A stretch of 63,773 nucleotides of DNA, filler included, from Chiloscyllium plagiosum (GCF_004010195.1; 4 parts of one record of this genome joined end to end with filler, not necessarily neighbours in it), one strand, 5' to 3'; positions 12,530-26,829 are shown, numbered from the whole stretch's first letter. Notes: generated by a model from the letters alone, not told the origin. Made by a program: numbers and translations.

Positions 12530-15500
12530 AAAGAAAGAACAAAGAAAATTTACAGCCCAGAAACAGGTCCTTTGACCCTTCAGGCCTGAGCCGATCCAAA
12601 TCCCCTGTCTAAACCTGTCGCCCAATTCCGAAGCATCTGTATCCCTCTGCTCCCCACCTACTCATGCATCTTAAATGAACCTACCGTGCCAGCCTCTACC
12701 ACCTCTGCTGGCAACGCGTTCCAGACGTCCACTGTGTGAAGTACTTGCCATGTGTATCCCCCTTAAACCTTCCACCTCTCACCTTGAAAGCGTAACCTCT
12801 CGTTATTGAATCCTTCACCCTGGGAAAAAAAGCTCGTCTCTATCCACCCTGTCTATACCCTTCATAATTTTGTAAAACTCAATCAGGTCCCCCCTCAATC
12901 TCCTTTTATCTAATGAAAACAAACCTAACCTACTCATAGCTATCACCTTCCATACCAGGCAACGTCCTCATAAGCCTTCTATACACCCTCTCCAAAGCGT
13001 CCACATCCTTTTGGTAATGTGGTGACCAGAACTGTACACAGCATTCTAAATTCGGCCGAACCAATGTCTTGTACAAATTTAACATGACTTGCCAGCTCTT
13101 ATACTCAATACCCCGTCCAATGAAGGCAAGCACACTATATGCCTTCTTGACCACTCTATCCACCTGTGCAGCAACCTTCAAGGTACAATGGACCTGATCT
13201 CTCTGCCCATCAACTTTTCCCAAGGCTTTCCGTTCATTGTATAATTTGCTCTAGAATTAGTCTTGCCTAAATACATCTCCTCACATTTGTCTGGATTGAA
13301 ATCCATCTGCCACTTTTCCGCCCAACTCTCCAGTCTATCTATTCCTGTATTCTTTGACAGTCCCTTATGCTTTTTGCTACTCCGCCAATCTTTGTGTCAT
13401 CTGATAACATGCTGATCATACCAACAGTGCCCTCTTCTAGATCATTTATGTATGTTACAAACAACAGTGGCCCCAGCACTGATCCCTGTGGAACATCACT
13501 GGTCACCTTTCTCCATTTCGAGAAACTCCCTTCAATTACTACTCTCGGTCTCCTGTTGCTCAACCAGTTCTTTATCCACCTAGCTAAAACACCATGCACA
13601 CCATATGACTTCACTTTCTCCATTAGTCTATAATGGGGAACCTTATCAAATGCCTTACTAAAGTCCATGTATATGACATCAACAGCCCTTCCTTCATCTA
13701 ACAACTTGGTCACTTCCTCGACGAACTCTATTAAGTTGGTAAGGCACGATCTCCCCCGTACAAAACCATGTTGCCTATCACTGAGAAGCTCATTCTTTTC
13801 TAAATATAAATAGCTCCTATCCCTCAGTACCCTTTCCAGCAACTTTCCCACCACTGACGTCAGGCTCACTGGTCTGTAATTACTCGGAATATCCCTACTA
13901 CCCTTCTTGTACAGGGGGACAACATGAGCAACCTTCCAGTCCTCTGGCACCTCACTTGTATTTAAGGATGCCACAAAGATATCTGTCAGGGCCCCAGCTA
14001 TTTCCTCTCTTGCCTCCCTCAGCAATCTGGGATAGATCCCATCCGGTCCTGGGGATTTGTCTACCTTAATAACCTCTAGCCTACCCAACTCATCTTCCCT
14101 ACTTATGCCAATGTGATCCAGACTAATCAAACTTCTATCTCTAATCTCAAGATTCACCATGTTCCTCTCCTCAGTGAACACTGATGCAAAGTAATCATTC
14201 AGAATCTCACCCATTCTCTCAAGTTTGACACACAACCTTCCTTCATTACCCTTTAGTGGACCAATCCTTTCTCTCATTGCCCATTTGTTTCTAATAGAAG
14301 AATAAAATGCTTTGGGATTCTCCTTAATTCTGCTTGGTAAAGCTATTTCATGACCCCTTTTAGCCCGCTTGATTCCTCATTTAAGACTTGTCCTACTCTT
14401 CCGATATTCCTCCAGGGCCCGTTCTGTTCTTAACTGCCTGGACCTCTTGGGTAGTCGTACAATTTCTCCTGTCATCCATGGTTCATGAATCTTGCCCTTC
14501 CTATCCTTTGCCTTCAACGGGACATGCCTATCCTGCACTACCGTTAACCTATCTTTGAAAGCCTCCCACATATCAAATATGGACTTCCCTTCAAATAACT
14601 GTGTCCAATCCACATTTCCAAGTTCCTGCCTAATTTTGACATAATTGGCCTTGGCCCAGTTTATTACTCTTCTCTTAGGACCACTCTCATCGTTATCTAC
14701 GAGTATTCTAAAACTTACAGAATTGTGGTCACTGTTCCCAAAGAAATCTCCCATCGCATTTTTTACTACCTGCTCTGGCTCGTTGCCCAGAACCAAGTTC
14801 AATGTGGCCCCTTCCCTCGTTGGACTATTGACATACTGCTCTAGAAAAACTCTCCTAGACGCTTCTTACATATTCTACCCCATCCAGACCTCTGACGCTA
14901 AGTGTATCCCAGTCCATGTTGGGAAAATTAAAATCTCCCATCACCACTACCCTATTGCCTCTACATCTTTCCATAATCTGTTTACCTATTTGTTCTTCTA
15001 CCTCACGCTCACTGTTGGGAGGTCTGTAATACAGCCCCAAAAGTGTGACTGCACCCTTTTTATTTCTCAGCTCCACCCATAATGCCTGACTACTCAAGAC
15101 CTCCATAGTGTCCTCCTTTAGCACAGCCGTGATATCATCCCTGACCAACAATGCAACTCCACCCCCCCTTCCCCTTTTACTTCCCTCCCTGTCCTGACTG
15201 AAGCGTCTATATCCTGGAACATTTAGTTGCCAATCATCATGCCCTTCCTTCAACCAAGTCTCTGTGATTGCAATAACGTCATACTCCCAGTCACCAATCC
15301 AAGCCCTAAGTTCATCTGCCTTACACACTATACTCCTTGCATTAAAGTAGATGCATTTCAGGCCACCAGTTCTTTTGCGTTCATCTGCTCCCTGCCTACT
15401 CTTCCCTTTATTAATGTTATCTTCATAATTCTTACAGTCTCCAGTCTCCACCTCACTGCCTACTTATTTTCTCTTCTGGTTCCCCGTCCCATTAGTTTAA

Positions 15501-15604
15501 AGCCTCCCCAACAGCAGTAGCAAAAACTCGCCCAAGAACATTGGTTCCGGTCTGGTTCAGATGTAGACCGTCCATTTTGTAATAGTCCCACCTTCCCCAG
15601 AACC
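12530..15604 (-). mobile_element. CR1 LINE with near-complete ORF2 (APE endonuclease plus RT), a few frameshifts
   Basis: EN motifs CIYFNARSI, IAITETWL, YYRPP, MGDFNFP, SDHN (14377-15451); RT ORFs 13339-14277 and 12930-13223; CR1-type 3' tail. Confidence 0.95.
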
Positions 15605-15844
15605 TAATCTTGGGAAATTAGGCAGGGCAGGTGACTGAGGTGTCAGTGGGGGAGCACTTTGGGGCTAGCGACCATAATTCTATTTATTTTAAAATAGTGA
15701 TGCAAAAGGATAGACCAGATCTAAAAGTTGAAGTTTTAAATTGGAGAAAGGCCAATTTTGACGGTATTAGGCAAGAACTTTCAAAAGCTGATTGGAGGCA
15801 GATGTTCGCAGGTAAAGGGATGGCTGGAAAATGGGAAGCCTTCA
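15601..15844 (+). mobile_element. CR1 LINE fragment (end of EN domain) abutting a gap
   Basis: VSVGEHFGASDHNSIYFKI...VLNWRKANFDGIRQEL. Confidence 0.88.
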
Positions 15845-15944
15845 NNNNNNNNNNNNNNNNNNNNNNNNNNNNNNNNNNNNNNNNNNNNTTAATTAATTAA
15901 NNNNNNNNNNNNNNNNNNNNNNNNNNNNNNNNNNNNNNNNNNNN

Positions 15945-16500
15945 AACTGGGTGGCTGAGGGCCCCCCTGGACTTTCAAATTGGCACAGACTAATTATGGA
16001 ATGTATTCCCCTTGACTTCCTTACAAATATGGTGCACCGAAAGACCGAATTATTTTATAAAATATGGTAGCCCTTTTTGAATTACATAAATACAGGTATT
16101 TCGGCTATCCTAACAAGGGCTTTTATTTAATTGAGATTACAAACCTGGCTGGTCCGCGGCCCCTCGGGGGAGGAATCCCGCACGAATACGGGTTTTATTA
16201 TATCTGATGCTAACACATCCCGAGCATGTAAGAGACTTAAATATACACCCTGGTTAGTTGTAGGTTAGATTAGTAGATAGTTGAGTTTTGTTTGTTTGTT
16301 TTTTTTTCTTTTCGGTTTTTTTTTTGTTGTTTTGTTTTTTTTTGTCAAATTTTGGCTATTGTATATTTGAGCTAATTGTATATCAATGTTTATATCTGAG
16401 AGTTTTGTTTATTTTTGTAAACTTGTAAAAATGTTAAATTTCTAATAAAAATATCTATTAAAAAAAAAATTAAAAAATAAAAAAATAAAATAAAAAAAAC
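15945..16500 (+). mobile_element. L1-clade LINE 3' end with T-rich UTR, AATAAA and poly(A)
   Basis: Paralogous to 18397-18930 (NW.AEGPPGLSNWHRLIME.IPLDFLTNMVH). Confidence 0.85.
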
Positions 16501-18932
16501 ATAGTCAGGGCCGCCTCCCGCCTTTGTTGAGAGAAGCAAATATCTCTCATTCTTAAAAAAGGAAAGGCCCCAGAAGATTGCTCTTCATATCGACCTATAT
16601 CTTTGCTGAATGTGGATTTCAAAATTCTCTCTAAAATGTTAGCATTAAGATTGGAGAGCGTCTTACCATACATCATAAAAGAGGACCAGACGAGGTTTAT
16701 AAAGGGCCGCAGATCAACTAATAATATTAGAAGGGTCTTAAACATGATACAAGCCTGTCAACAAGGAAGAATACTGGGGTTGGTTGTGTCCTTGGACGCA
16801 GCGAAGGCATTTGATCGGGTAGAATGAGCATATCTTTTTTATACACTGAAAGGTTCGGTGTTAGAAAGGTATTTTCTAAATGGGTCTCAGTATTATACAA
16901 TGACCCCAAAGCTGCTGTGATCACCAATGGTCCATGTTCGGATAGCTTCAGTGTTGGTAGGGGCTGTTGTCAGGGATATCCTCTCTCACCATTATCAGTG
17001 TAGTGTTCTTCTGTAATCACCGCTAGTAATTGAACCACTAGCAGAAGCTATACAAACTGACCCTTGCATAACAGCCCCGAGGGTTGGTTCGGGTAAACAT
17101 AAAATTACTCTCTAAGAACTTGTTTTCCTCCTTTTCTTAAGTGATCCTTTGATATCCATGCCCCACTTAATTCAAGTAATCAATCTATTTAGTACGTTCT
17201 CAGGCTACAAAATTAATTTAATGAAATCGGAGGCCATGCTGTTGGGTGGTCTCTCCAGTTATCCAATTTACCAGATGGATCTTGCTTTCCCTTTCGGTGG
17301 TCATTGGAAGGTTTTCTATACTTAGGTATTTTTATCACCCCAGTATTTGGTCAGCTGTATAAAGCCAATTTTGTGCACCTATTAGAGAAAATAAGGCAGG
17401 ACCTTCAACGCTGGGGAGATCTCCCAATATCCTGGTTAGGCAGAGTAGCCTTAGTTAAAATGAATATTCTACCTTATCGTCTACATCCCATGAGAATGCT
17501 CCCTCTGATGTTGCCGAGATTGGTGTTGCATAAGCTCCACGGTTCCTTGGTTCCTTTATCTGGAATCATAGATGGCCCCTTATCAAATTAGAAAAGCGGC
17601 AGCTTCCACAGGCAAGGGGAGGACTGGACTTTCCTGACTTCAGGAGGTATCAGTTGAGCTCTTTATGATCTTATGTGGCTTATTGGGTCTCTTGTGACCC
17701 ACAATCAATTTGGTTAGATTATAGAGACCTCCCAAGCAAAGTGTCCCCTCATCAATCTTTTATTTATGGATAAGATGAGAGCTATCAGGGACTATTACAA
17801 AACTCCTATCGTACTTAACACAATTAAAGCATGGAGGATAATATGACAAGATGAGGGTAACCTGCAAAAAACATCTTCCTATAATCGGAGAGGGAAAGAA
17901 GAGTGCTATGGCTGATGGGGCCGCCCTCCGTCAGTATTCTTTATCATTCATTACACAAGGATGTATCGAAATACATGGAATGATTATTTAAACATGGAAC
18001 CAAGAATTGGGGTTAGAAGTCTCTTCAGAAATGTGGAAGGATATCTGGGAAAATGCCAGAAAGATCTCTAATAGAGCTCAAGCTATTCAATTAAAGATAT
18101 TCCACAGGGTTCATATAGCACCTGAACGACTCGCAAAATTTAAGGTAGGAACATTCCCAATATGTCCTAAATGCATAATAGAAGTTGGCACTGTAACGCA
18201 CTGTCTATGGACATGCCATAAGATCCGCAGGTTTTGGGACAGAGTAGCGAATGCCATGACAGAGATCTTGGGTACGGAGGTTAGACTGGATCCAGTGTCT
18301 CTACATTTGGGCTTTTCAGATTTTCCCTCCCTGGATGTGCATGGGAGGAAACTATTTTCCATTCTCTCCTTTTGTGCAAGGAAAAATATTTTAGTGAATT
18401 GGGCAGCTGAAGGCCCTCCAGGACTTTCAAACTGGCACAGATTAATCATGGAATATATCCCCCTTGATTTCCTTACAAATATGGTGCACCAAAAAACTGA
18501 ATTATTCTATAAAACATGGCAGCCCTTTTTGAACTGTATCAACACAGAAATTTCAGCCATATTGTCCAGGGCTTTTGTCTGACTGTGGTAGTGGTTCTGG
18601 CTAGTCCAGGGACCCCCAGGAGGAGGAATCCCATATAAATACGGGTTTTATTAGACTTGATATAAATCTATTTTGAGCATGTACTTAGTTATTTAATTAT
18701 TTTGTTGTTTATTGCCAGTAATGTATGAAATCCTATTTTGTGTTTTGGTTGTTTGTAGGATCGATTAGTAGTTAATTGGGTTTTTCACTTTTTCTTGTCA
18801 TCTCGGTTATTATTCTTTTCTTTTTGTTTATTTAATCTTATATTGGTGTTTATACTTGCTTGTATTACTTTCATACTTTTGTAAAAATACTTTTTAAAAT
18901 TTTCTTTTTTCAATAAAAATATCTATAAAAAG
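16500..18932 (+). mobile_element. 5'-truncated L1-clade LINE (RT plus C-terminal cysteine-rich domain), degenerate
   Basis: LNVDFKILSKMLALRL...EDQTRFIKGR, SLDAAKAFDRVE, YLGIFIT, CPKC...HCLWTC; T-rich UTR and aataaaaat. Confidence 0.92.
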
Positions 18933-19284
18933 AAATTATGGAAGGCCCAACGCTCTTCCCATCATATAGCTGACCAGGAATCTCTACCACTCATTGTGCC
19001 TGCCAATGGTGTGGGCTAGTAGGATTTGCAGTTGGCACCAATGTGTTTGGTTGTATTATGAACACAGCTTCTTTGGCCATTCCATCCTGTGATGGGATTT
19101 GAATCAGGGTTTCTGGCTCAGAGGTTGCTCACTGCATTAGAACTGGTGGAGAACAGAAATCTGATGAGTTTGTAAGACTGATGGAATTTCCAGAGATAGG
19201 GAGAGGTGAGGGTTTGCAAGAAATTCAATTTACAATAAGTGTGGCCAAGGGGTGGGGGTGTGGGGGCGAGTCTATGATACATAC

Positions 19285-21465
19285 CAAAGGCTCAAATGAA
19301 TGGATTCTATACTCCCAAAGGAATATAGAAAGTTCAGAGGGTTGTTTAAAAAGGAAATTAGGAGAGCAAAGGAAGAGATGAAGAAACACTGGTGGACAAC
19401 ATTATAGAAAACACAATGGTACTTTATAACTATAATAGGGGCATGAGAATAGCTAGGGAAAGAGTAGGGCCCAATCAGGACCAAAGTGGCAATCAAAATG
19501 AGGAGCCAGAATAACATAGTGAAAGTTTTGAATCAATACTTTGCATCTGTATTCACCATGGAGAAGGATAATGTAGGTATAGAAATCTGGTAGCGGATAC
19601 ACTTGAATGAATTAACATTGAGCAAGAGAAGATATTAGCAGTGTCAGCAGGTTTAAAAGTGGGTATATTCCCAGGCACACGCAAGATATATTACAGATAG
19701 CTGAGGGAAAGAGATTGCACGTGCTCTGACATTAATTTTCAAATCATTTCTGGCTGCCGGAGGGATGCTAGAGGACTGGCAATCGGGTACCTTATTTCAG
19801 AAGGGTAGTGGANNNNNNNNNNNNNNNNNNNNNNNNNNNNNNNNNNNNNNNNNNNNNNNNNNNNNNNNNNNNNNNNNNNNNNNNNNNNNNNNNNNNNNNN
19901 NNNNNNNNNNNNNNNNNNNNNNNNNNNNNNNNNNNNNNNNNNNNNNNNNNNNNNNNNNNNNNNNNNNNNNNNNNNNNNNNNNNNNNNNNNNNNNNNNNNN
20001 NNNNNNNNNNNNNNNNNNNNNNNNNNNNNNNNNNNNNNNNNNNNNNNNNNNNNNNNNNNNNNNNNNNNNNNNNNNNNNNNNNNNNNNNNNNNNNNNNNNN
20101 NNNNNNNNNNNNNNNNNNNNNNNNNNNNNNNNNNNNNNNNNNNNNNNNNNNNNNNNNNNNNNNNNNNNNNNNNNNNNNNNNNNNNNNNNNNNNNNNNNNN
20201 NNNNNNNNNNNNNNNNNNNNNNNNNNNNNNNNNNNNNNNNNNNNNNNNNNNNNNNNNNNNNNNNNNNNNNNNNNNNNNNNNNNNNNNNNNNNNNNNNNNN
20301 NNNNNNNNNNNNCACCCTCTGTGTGAAAAGGTTGCCCCTTAGGTCCCTTTTAAATCTTCCTCCTCTCACCCTAAAACCTATGCCCTGTAGTTTTGGACTC
20401 CGCTACCCCAGGGAAAAGATTTTGGCTCTTCACACTATCCATGCCCCTTATGATTTTACAAACCTCTATAATATCACCCTTCAGCTTCCGACACTCCAGA
20501 CAAAATAGCTCCAGCCTATTTAGCCTCTCCTTATAGCTCAAATCCTGCAACCCTGGCAGCATCCTTGTAAACCTTTTCTGAACCTTTTCAAGTTTCACAT
20601 CATCCTTCCTATAGCAGGGAGACCAGAATTGCATGCAGTATTGCAAAGGATGCCTAACCAAACTCCCTGTACAACTACACCATGACCTTCCAACTCCTAT
20701 ACTCAATCCATGATGGTATACTTGCCTTTATTAATCATGGCACTAAATGCAAAAGCAAAGAGTTTTTGATGGAGCTGATTATGTTGTTAGTTAGGCCATG
20801 GCTGAAGTACTGTATGAGTTCTAGTTACAACACTATAGGAAGGATACTACTGCATTAGAGAAGGCACAAAGGAGATTCACCAGGATGATGACTGGGCTCG
20901 GTTGATTCAGTAATTAAAGGGTACTAGATTAGATGGATTTCCTTTGAGCAGGGCAAATCTAGGGGTACCTGTTTGAGGTTTTCAAAGTTCACAGGGTCAT
21001 TGACAGGGTGGATAGACAGAACCGTTTTGTCTTGGTGGAAAAGTCACAGTTTTAAGATGGCTTAAAGGGGATTTGAGGAAAAATCTTTTCACCCAGAGGG
21101 TTGTGTATATATGGAACTGTTTCCTAAAAGTAGGGGTCGAGGCAGGAACCTTCAAAATCTTTAAGAACTACTCTGATAAACAGTTGAAATGTTGGAGTGT
21201 CCAAGGCTACAGGCCAAGAGTTGGAAATTGAGATTAGAATAAGTGGATAAAACCAAATTATTGCGGATGCTGGAATCTGAAACCAAAAAAGAGAAAATGC
21301 TGGAAAATCTCAGCAAGTCTGGCAGCATCTGTAAGGAGAGAAAAGAGCTGACGTTTCGAGTCTAACTGACCTTTGTCAAAGCTTAGAATAAGTAGATGTT
21401 TTTAATGATCAGTCTGGATAGAATGGGCTGAAGGACCTCTTTCCAAGCTGTCAAATTCTATGATG
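19285..21465. mobile_element. Cluster of CR1 fragments: + 19285-19812, - 20313-20706, + 20710-21465, spanning a 500-N gap
   Basis: LNQYFASVFT remnants; YCMQFWSPCYRKD...QKRFTRMLPGL on the minus strand; CR1 3' tail. Confidence 0.85.
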
Positions 21466-24435
21466 CTCTCTATCCCTATTTTTAATATTGTGGCACTGCT
21501 GGACTGACAGCCAACATAGATTAGTGAATTTGGGGGATATAGATGAATGACAGCCAGGATACTTAGAACAGACTTTTGGATCTGTTAACTTTTACAGAGA
21601 ATGATCGATTGGAATCTGATGCATGTTAGGTTTGCTTTTTTCTTTCTTCTAATAAGGCCTCTGTTTGCTAACAAGTCTTTCTTTCAAGTATTGATGAACT
21701 TTCTGTGTGTTCCCAGTACTTTCATGAAACCATGCTCCGAACAAACTTCAACGCTGTCACTTCCTAAGCTTCAAACAGCACTCTGTAGAATTACTGCACA
21801 AGTTGTTCTCATTAATGCTCAGAACTGTGGCCATTAGTAATGCATCACCATGAGAATAAGACATTAAAATACAGGCTGCATCTAAATTAAAAAACAAAAA
21901 TGCCAAATATTGTGATGGAATGTAATCATTCCAAGTCTATTTATACCACTAGACAGTTGAAAGATGTGGTAAAATTGATCTTTTGGGAGTTAACTACAGA
22001 AGCCCACGATAACACTTAACAATTATTTTCTGGGATAATGGGCAATCATAAAATTTGATATAAATTTCCCTTAAAGCATCTGACATCAACCACCTAAAAT
22101 AGCACACAATCCAGTAAGACCCAACACTAATGGTCTAAAGAGTTACATGTCTTGAAGGGTATATCTGAATCACACATACATTTCACACTGCTTCACATCA
22201 TTTTAATGAGAATTTTTATCTGATGACACTTGGACAAGGAGAAGCTCAACACTGGCTGCATACATTCTTTCCCCAGGCTGTCAATTAAAGCAGAAATAAT
22301 GCCACCCAGACAATTTCCATTGCTGGTCTCTAGAAAATTGTTCCATTGCAATATCACAATGTCATCTGCTTGAATTGTATTAGACATCACCAATCATAAT
22401 CAATATATTCTTTAAATTATTTTCCAAGTAACACAAACATATGAAATAGAAGCAGTTGCAAGCCATCTAGCCCACGTATCTGCTCCAGCATTCAGTGAGA
22501 TCACGGCTGGTCTAAAAAATCCTCAACTTCACTTTCCTACCATCACCCTCAGTTCCCTCATTGTTTAAAAATCAGTCTTGGCAGTTCTTTGCATTAAAAA
22601 TTACCATAGGTTCACCACCCTCTCAGAGAAGAAGTTCCTCCTCACCTCTGATAAATGGGTGACCCCTTATTCTGAGATGATGCCCTCTGGTCCTGGATTC
22701 TCCGACCAGGGAAAGCACTCTGTTAGTCAGTTGGTGGTGAATTAGTGGAATTCTGTATCTCAGAGGGCTGTGGAAGCTCAACTATTGAGCATGTTCAAGA
22801 CAGAAGTCGATAGATTTCTCTGTTCAAATAACATTGAGGGATTTGAAAATATTAGGTGAAAGTAGATCAGATTTGACAGGCTGAATGGCCTCCACCTTTA
22901 CTTCTGTCCATTTTCAGTATATCCATTTGAAAGCTCTGTTCTAGTGGCTCATTTTATATTTTCTATTTCACATGAACACCTTTTTCTAGTTTACTTACAG
23001 TTCCCAGAGAAGTCAGGTGAGTGTCCCTAAACTTACCTGGTAGGTAAGTGCATATGGTAATGGTGCAGTGTTTGCAAGTACAAGAAGGTGCAGTGAAGTG
23101 TGGCACAGTGATCCATAGGACAGTGAATGGGAGTCTTGCAGCTGCCATCAACATTATCAGTAATGAGGCTTAAGTAGTGCAGTTGTGAACAAAACATAAG
23201 AGAGCAGTCTTTTCAGTGTAACAGTTCTGAGTGAGATCATTAGATATCTTGACACACAGCAGCTATTTGCTGGTGTAAAGCTCTTGACGCGTTTCATGCC
23301 TTGCTATTTCTCCCAAAATTTCAGAGGAACAACTGCACAGAAAGGTGTGGCTAGGGCACACCAGGAAGAGCAGCTGTCCACTTCTCTCCGCTGTCTACTG
23401 TAAGGCCTCCAAGGTAATAGTTCTATGGTATTACTCAACATATTTCTGACATTTTGTCAATGACTCTCTTCCCTTGCATTTGCAAATGTACCTCTTCCTT
23501 AAGAGATGCTGACTAACATTAAGTTGTGTCACTGATGCCTGATAACCACTTTACAGACATCCAGCCAGTGTATTGTACTGTCAATCTAATACCAATTTGC
23601 ACAATGAGCTGGCGTGGTGTCATTCTAAGCAGTAGACAACTCAAATGTTGCATACTTGAATTTCTCAGCCAGTAGCTTCAAATTGCTGAACATTTCGCTG
23701 GAGGAATTTGCATTTTATCCAAAATTAGATATTGCACATGTGGTCAGATAGCAAATAGTTATGGTGTGTGTTAAGATGGGGGTGGAGGTAGATTTAGGTG
23801 AGATCTGTGTAAACACCGAAATAACTGTGGATGTTGTAAATCAGAAACAAAAACTGAAATTGCTGGAAAAGCTCAGCAGATCTGGCAGCATCTGTGGAGA
23901 GAAATCAGAGTTAACATTTCGGACTGAGTGATACTTCCTCAGAATGGATGGTTTTGAGGAAGAGGCAGTAGACCTGAAATATTAACTCTAACTTCTCTGC
24001 TGAATCTGCTAAGCTTTTTAGTTCTGAGGAAAGGTCACTAGACCCAGAACACTAATTCTGATTTCTCTCCACAGATTTTGCCAAACCTACTGAACTTTTC
24101 CAGCAATTTATGGTTTTGTTTATTATTTGTTTATTATGGGCTCACTGACTTCATGTCTACAAATGATCATTTGCAAAGGTTGCAAATAAAAAAAGAGGAA
24201 TGTGTGAAGAATGTTCCTGAAGAAACAGTGGAGTTGGAAATTGAAGCAACTGCAAATTCTGTCTCACAATCAAGTACAGAATGACATGGGACTAACTGGA
24301 TCACAGCAAAGAATGACATGGTCACTTGTACCAAAGATCACAAGGTCAAGGAGTAAGTACACCATGACATAAGCCTAGTCACAGGGAATACCATCTTCAT
24401 TTAAGTCGTTGGTTAAATGTAGTTGGTTAAAATTG

Positions 24436-25455
24436 TGGTAGATGTGATCTATCTGGACTTCAGTAAGGCGTTCAGAACTGGTTCAAAGGTAGAAGACAGA
24501 GGGTGGTGGTGGAGGCCTGTGACCAGTGGTTTGCCACAAAGATCGGTGCTGGGTCCACTTCTTTCATCATTTATACAAATGATTTGGATGTGAGCATAAG
24601 AGGTATAGTTAGCAAGTTTGCAGATGACACCAAAACTGGAGGTGTATTGGACAGTGAAGAGGGTTACCTCCGATTAAAACGGGATCTTGATCAGATGGGT
24701 CAATGGGCTGAGAAGTGGCAGATGGAGTTTAATTTAGATAAAACAAAGAGACCTTGGAGTGCAGGTTCATAGCTCCTTAAAAGTGGAGTCGCAGGTGGAT
24801 AGGATAGTGAAGGCGGCATTTGGTATGCTTTCCTTTATTGGTCAGAGTATTGAGTACAGGAGTTGGGAGGTCATGTTGTGGCTGTACAGGACACTGGTTA
24901 GGCCACTGTTGGAATATTGCATGCAACTCTGCTCTCCTTCCTGTCAGAAAGATGTTGTGAAACTTGAAAAGGTTCAGAAAAGATTTACAAGGATGTTGCC
25001 AGGGTTGGAGGATCTGAGCTATAGGGAGAGGCTAAACAGGCTGAGGCTGTTTTCCCTGGAGCGTCGGAGGCTGAGGGACGATCTTATAGATGTTGATAAA
25101 ATCATGAGGGGCATGGATAGGATAAATAGACAAAGTCTTTTCCCTGGGGTCAGGGAGTCCAGAACTAGAGGGCATAGGTTTAGGGTGAAAGGGGAAAGAT
25201 TTAAAAGGGACCTAAGGGTCAACGTTTTCAGGCAGAGGGTGGTACGTGTATAGAATGAGCTGCAAGAGGAAGTCTTGGAGACTGTTACAATTACAACATT
25301 TAAAATGCATCTGGATGGGTATATGAATAGGAAGGGTTTGCAGGGATATGGGTGAGGTGCTGGCAGGTGGGACTAGATTGGGTTGGGATATCTGGTCAGC
25401 ATAGACGAGTTGGACCGAAGGGTCTGCTTCTGTGCTGTACATCTCTATGACACTA
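24436..25455 (+). mobile_element. CR1 LINE 3' fragment
   Basis: SKFADDTK, VRPLLEYC, QKRFTRMLPGL; tail gctgtacatctctatgac. Confidence 0.93.
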
Positions 25456-25789
25456 TAAATAAACCTCAGACGTTCACATTCACATTGTATTCAACTGATC
25501 ATGAACAATCAGTTGAAAGGCAAGCTGAAACCGAAACCATCAAACTAACAATGAACTGAAATATCCTAAGAATCATTTGTATAAATAGATAAACAGCATG
25601 GAAATCAAAGTTTAAATGCTATTTGGGATAAAATGAGAATGCACTTGACTTTCAAGTTAAATGAGATATTTTTACACTAAGAATGTTTTAGAAATTTGTC
25701 ATTCCAAATGTTTGGACATGAATTATTGGATCAGGAAAGATTTATTGTTTTGTTAAGTGGTTTTTATGGTTAGTTGAATGAATTATTGG

Positions 25790-26120
25790 GGAAGGCAATG
25801 GCCTATCACTAGGTTATTAATCCGAAGACCCAGGTAATGTTCTAGGGACCTGGATTCAAATCCTGTCCATTGGAAGTGGTGGAATCGGAATTCAATAAAC
25901 ATCTGGAATTAAAAGTCTAATGATGAACATGAAAGCATTGTTGATTGTTGTAAGACACCATTTGGTTCACTAATGTCATTAAGGGAAGGAATCTGCCATC
26001 ATTACGTGGTCTGGCCAACATGTACTCCACAACAATGTGGTTGACTCTCACCGGGCAATTTGGGAAGGGCAATGAATGCTGACCCAGCCAAAGATGCTAC
26101 ATCCTGTCAATGAAAAAAAA
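25790..26120 (+). mobile_element. Second tRNA-like SINE family; another copy at about 48710-49065
   Basis: Both copies share ggacctgg.tt..aatcc (B-box-like), gaagga(a)atctgccatc.ttac.tggtctg and atgtg..tgactctca, and end A-rich. Confidence 0.75.
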
Positions 26121-26829
26121 GAAGAATCCAATTGTTGAGCAATTTGTAGGGAGCTGACAGATCAACAACCACTTTACTATTGTGTGGAGACATCTCAGAA
26201 CCTAATTTCTGCAGGTGTGTTTGACTTCTACATTAATCCAGTCAAATAAAAACCAAAATAACTGGGTATGCTGTAAATCAGGAGCAAGAGCAGGGATTGC
26301 TGGGGATGCTCAGTGGGTCTGGCAGCATCTGTTAGAAAAATCAGAGTTAACATTGCTGGTCCAGTGACCCTTCCTCTGGTTTTTCTTCACAGATGCTGCT
26401 GGAACTGCTGGGCTTTTCAAGCAGCTTCTGTTTTTGTTTCATGTTATTCCAGTCATTTGGTTTGTCTCCAGTACCACCTTATCTTAACTTGTTGTAATTA
26501 TCTCTCTGCCTTATTTAATTGGATTATTCGGATGTTATTCAGCTGTTGACACTTTATTCATGCTGTCTAACACTCTTGGTCACCCGCAGAGACTTACTAT
26601 TTGATACTCCACTCATACCATTTGTATGATCTTTTGATCTCTCTGCCCTTGATCTCTCTCTGCCTATAGGTTCTGTGTTCTGTGTGTTTCCCTCTCACTT
26701 CACCTGAGGAAGGGGCTACACTCTGAAAGCTTGTGTTTTCAAATAAATTTGTGGGACAATCACCTGGTGTGGTGTGATTTCTGACTTTGTCCATCCCAAT
26801 CCAACACTGGCACCTCCACATCATGGCCA

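Noticed and set aside
15889..15900. ttaattaattaa islands inside N runs (also about 47113-47124 and 59269-59280)
   Set aside because: Identical 12-mer centred in 100-bp gaps with stops in all six frames; a scaffolding spacer, not biology.
19765..20508. Long ORFs in the ORF track
   Set aside because: They run through N gaps.
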